The notes below the pieces were generated by a model. It saw nothing but the letters and a program-made list of their open reading frames with translations, ran no database searches and had not been told where the DNA came from. DNA of 5,925 nt from a virus (lineage: Duplodnaviria > Heunggongvirae > Uroviricota > Caudoviricetes): positions 1-5,925 of IMG/VR virus record IMGVR_UViG_3300014846_000028; one strand, 5' to 3'. A program made the translations under genes and the position numbers. Below are positions 4,156-5,925 of this stretch, in pieces. Numbering within the stretch: the first letter of the stretch is position 1; each line of letters opens with the position of its first letter.

Positions 4156-5813
4156 TACCTGTATGGAGCACGGCCTGCCCGGACTGGGCAGTACGCCTGA
4201 AAAAGGGGCTGTCGATTATTCCGGCTCCGATTTATCCGGACCAGGCCGCACATGCCCTGGCGATTTTTAAACAACTACGGATTGTGGATGCACCGGGCAG
4301 CCCGACATTCGGGGAGTCCTGTGCACAGTGGGTGTTTGACCTGGTGGCGGCCCTGTTTGGCTCCTACGATGCGCAGACCGGTGTGCGCCATATCAAGGAA
4401 GTGTTCATTCTGATACCTAAAAAAAACAGCAAGTCCACGCTGGCCGCCGGGATCATGATGACGGCGCTGTTACTGAACTGGCGGCAGGCCGCGGGTTACA
4501 CGATTCTGGCCCCGACTGTGGAGGTGGCAGCCAACGCCTTCAACCCTGCCCGGGATATGGTACGACGCGACGATGATCTGGATGACCTCTGCCAGGTGCA
4601 GACGCATATCCGGACCATCACCCACCGGGTGACGGACACCACCCTTAAGGTGGTGGCAGCCGATCCGAATACGGTGTCCGGTATCAAGTCCGTGGGTACG
4701 CTGATTGATGAGTTATGGCTGTTTGGCAAACAGTACAAGGCGGAGGACATGTTACGTGAAGCCATAGGCGGCCTTGCCTCCCGCCCGGAAGGGTTTGTGG
4801 TGTATACGACCACCCAGTCGAATGAGCCGCCTGCCGGGGTGTTCAGGCAGAAACTGCAGTACGCCCGGGATGTGCGTGACGGCAAAATTCATGATCCGCA
4901 CTTTCTGCCGGTGATTTTTGAGCATCCGACGGAGATGGTGGAGAGCGGTGAGCACCTGCTGATGGAAAACCTCGCCATGGTCAATCCGAATCTCGGTTAT
5001 TCGGTGGATGAGGCCTTTCTGTACCGGGAGTACCGTAAAGCCCGGGAAGCCGGTGAAGAGACTTTTCGCGGTTTCATGTCAAAACACGCCAATGTGGAAA
5101 TTGGTCTTGCCCTGCGTTCTGACCGCTGGGCGGGGGCGGATTTCTGGGAGCAGCAGGGCAGGCGCATCAGTCTGGACGATATTCTGCAGCGTGCTGATGT
5201 GGTGACGGTGGGGATAGACGGCGGAGGGCTGGATGATCTGCTGGGGATGTACGTGATTGGGCGTGACCGGGAAACCCGGGAATGGCTGGGCTGGGGCCAT
5301 GCCTGGGCACATGAAACCGCGGTGGCCAGACGAAAAAGTGAGGCAGCCCGTTTTCAGGATTTTGTTGCCTGTGGGGATATGACCATTGTCCGTCGGGTCG
5401 GGGATGACACGGCGGAAGTGGCGGAGTATGTGCGTCGCATTCATGAGGCTGAGTTACTGGACCATATCGGTATTGACCCGTCAGGCGTGGGGCAGATTCT
5501 GGATTCACTGGCGGAAGCCGGGATCCCCGATGAGAGTGTGGTGGGGATAAGCCAGGGCTGGAAGCTGGGCGGTGCCATTAAAACCACCGAGCGAAAACTG
5601 GCTGAAGGGGTACTGGTGCATGGTGGCCAGCCCCTGATGGCCTGGTGCGTTGGTAATGCCCGTGTGGAGCCCAGAGGTAATGCCATTCTTATCACGAAAC
5701 AGGCCAGCGGACGGGGAAAAATTGACCCGCTGATGGCGCTCTTCAATGCGGTCTCCCTGATGTCCCTGAATCCGGAGCCAAAAAAGAAAGAATATGCGGT
5801 TTTTTTCATATAA
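4152..5813 (+). CDS. terL: Terminase large subunit (HK97/Terminase_1-like ATPase-nuclease)
   Basis: 553-aa ORF with GAGGGG RBS. Contains a Walker A-like P-loop (ILIPKKNSKSTLAAG) and Walker B-like TLIDELW, followed by a nuclease-type C-terminal half. Start is coupled to the terS stop. Several long minus-strand ORFs inside it are antisense shadows. Confidence 0.95.
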   Translation: MIPVWSTACPDWAVRLKKGLSIIPAPIYPDQAAHALAIFKQLRIVDAPGSPTFGESCAQWVFDLVAALFGSYDAQTGVRHIKEVFILIPKKNSKSTLAAGIMMTALLLNWRQAAGYTILAPTVEVAANAFNPARDMVRRDDDLDDLCQVQTHIRTITHRVTDTTLKVVAADPNTVSGIKSVGTLIDELWLFGKQYKAEDMLREAIGGLASRPEGFVVYTTTQSNEPPAGVFRQKLQYARDVRDGKIHDPHFLPVIFEHPTEMVESGEHLLMENLAMVNPNLGYSVDEAFLYREYRKAREAGEETFRGFMSKHANVEIGLALRSDRWAGADFWEQQGRRISLDDILQRADVVTVGIDGGGLDDLLGMYVIGRDRETREWLGWGHAWAHETAVARRKSEAARFQDFVACGDMTIVRRVGDDTAEVAEYVRRIHEAELLDHIGIDPSGVGQILDSLAEAGIPDESVVGISQGWKLGGAIKTTERKLAEGVLVHGGQPLMAWCVGNARVEPRGNAILITKQASGRGKIDPLMALFNAVSLMSLNPEPKKKEYAVFFI

Positions 5814-5838
5814 CCCTGTTCACCCTGTAACCATCATG

Positions 5839-5864
5839 AACCGCTGCGGCGGTTTTTTTATTTT
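5839..5864 (+). terminator. Candidate rho-independent terminator or attenuator (AACCGC-tgcg-GCGGTT stem followed by T7-A-T4)
   Basis: A 6-bp stem with tetraloop directly followed by TTTTTTTATTTT, about 25 nt after the TerL stop and just before the next RBS (AGGAGG 5865-5870). The stem is short, so it may act as a partial terminator. Confidence 0.4.
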
Positions 5865-5876
5865 CAGGAGGCTGAT

Positions 5877-5925
5877 GTGACTCTTAAACGGGCCTGTTCC
5901 CTGCTGACGGTGAAATCCTTCAGTG
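5877..5925 (+). CDS. Start of next late gene (position suggests portal protein), 3'-truncated by window end
   Basis: AGGAGG (5865-5870) followed 6 nt later by GTG 5877; the open frame reads (M)TLKRACSLLTVKSFS to the window end. Function is inferred only from the usual HK97-like gene order of TerS, TerL, portal. Confidence 0.3.
   Translation, partial: MTLKRACSLLTVKSFS

Noticed and set aside
3786-4274. Minus-strand ORFs 3786-3971, 3802-4032 and 4005-4274 overlapping terS and the terL start
   Set aside because: Antisense of conserved terminase genes with no independent support.
4496-5809. Several long minus-strand ORFs (4496-4885, 4752-4955, 5079-5444, 5167-5508, 5441-5809) inside the large terminase gene
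   Set aside because: They overlap a well-supported, conserved + strand gene. Their translations are Pro/Arg/Ser-rich low-complexity sequence typical of antisense frames in GC-rich coding DNA, and none has a convincing RBS.

Overview
This window looks like the late region of a lambdoid, HK97-like cos prophage from an enterobacterial genome, read on the + strand. In order it holds: the 3' end of a SAR-type endolysin (1-537); an intrinsic terminator followed by a tight cluster of four very small hydrophobic ORFs (627-1178); a lambda-like Rz/Rz1 spanin pair whose 3' end is frame-disrupted (1180-1669); an AT-rich island with a coupled 74-aa ORF, a lipoprotein made of a bare TonB C-terminal domain, and a minus-strand small ribbon-helix-helix-like protein (1666-2893); then an HNH endonuclease, a repeat-rich probable cos region, the small and large terminase subunits, a terminator and the first codons of the next late gene. 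No rRNA, tRNA, CRISPR array or transposase was seen. All calls come from reading the sequence and recalled protein families; no database search was run. The most interesting items are the lipoprotein-anchored TonB C-terminal domain, the small-ORF cluster inside the lysis cassette, and the spanin frame disruption.
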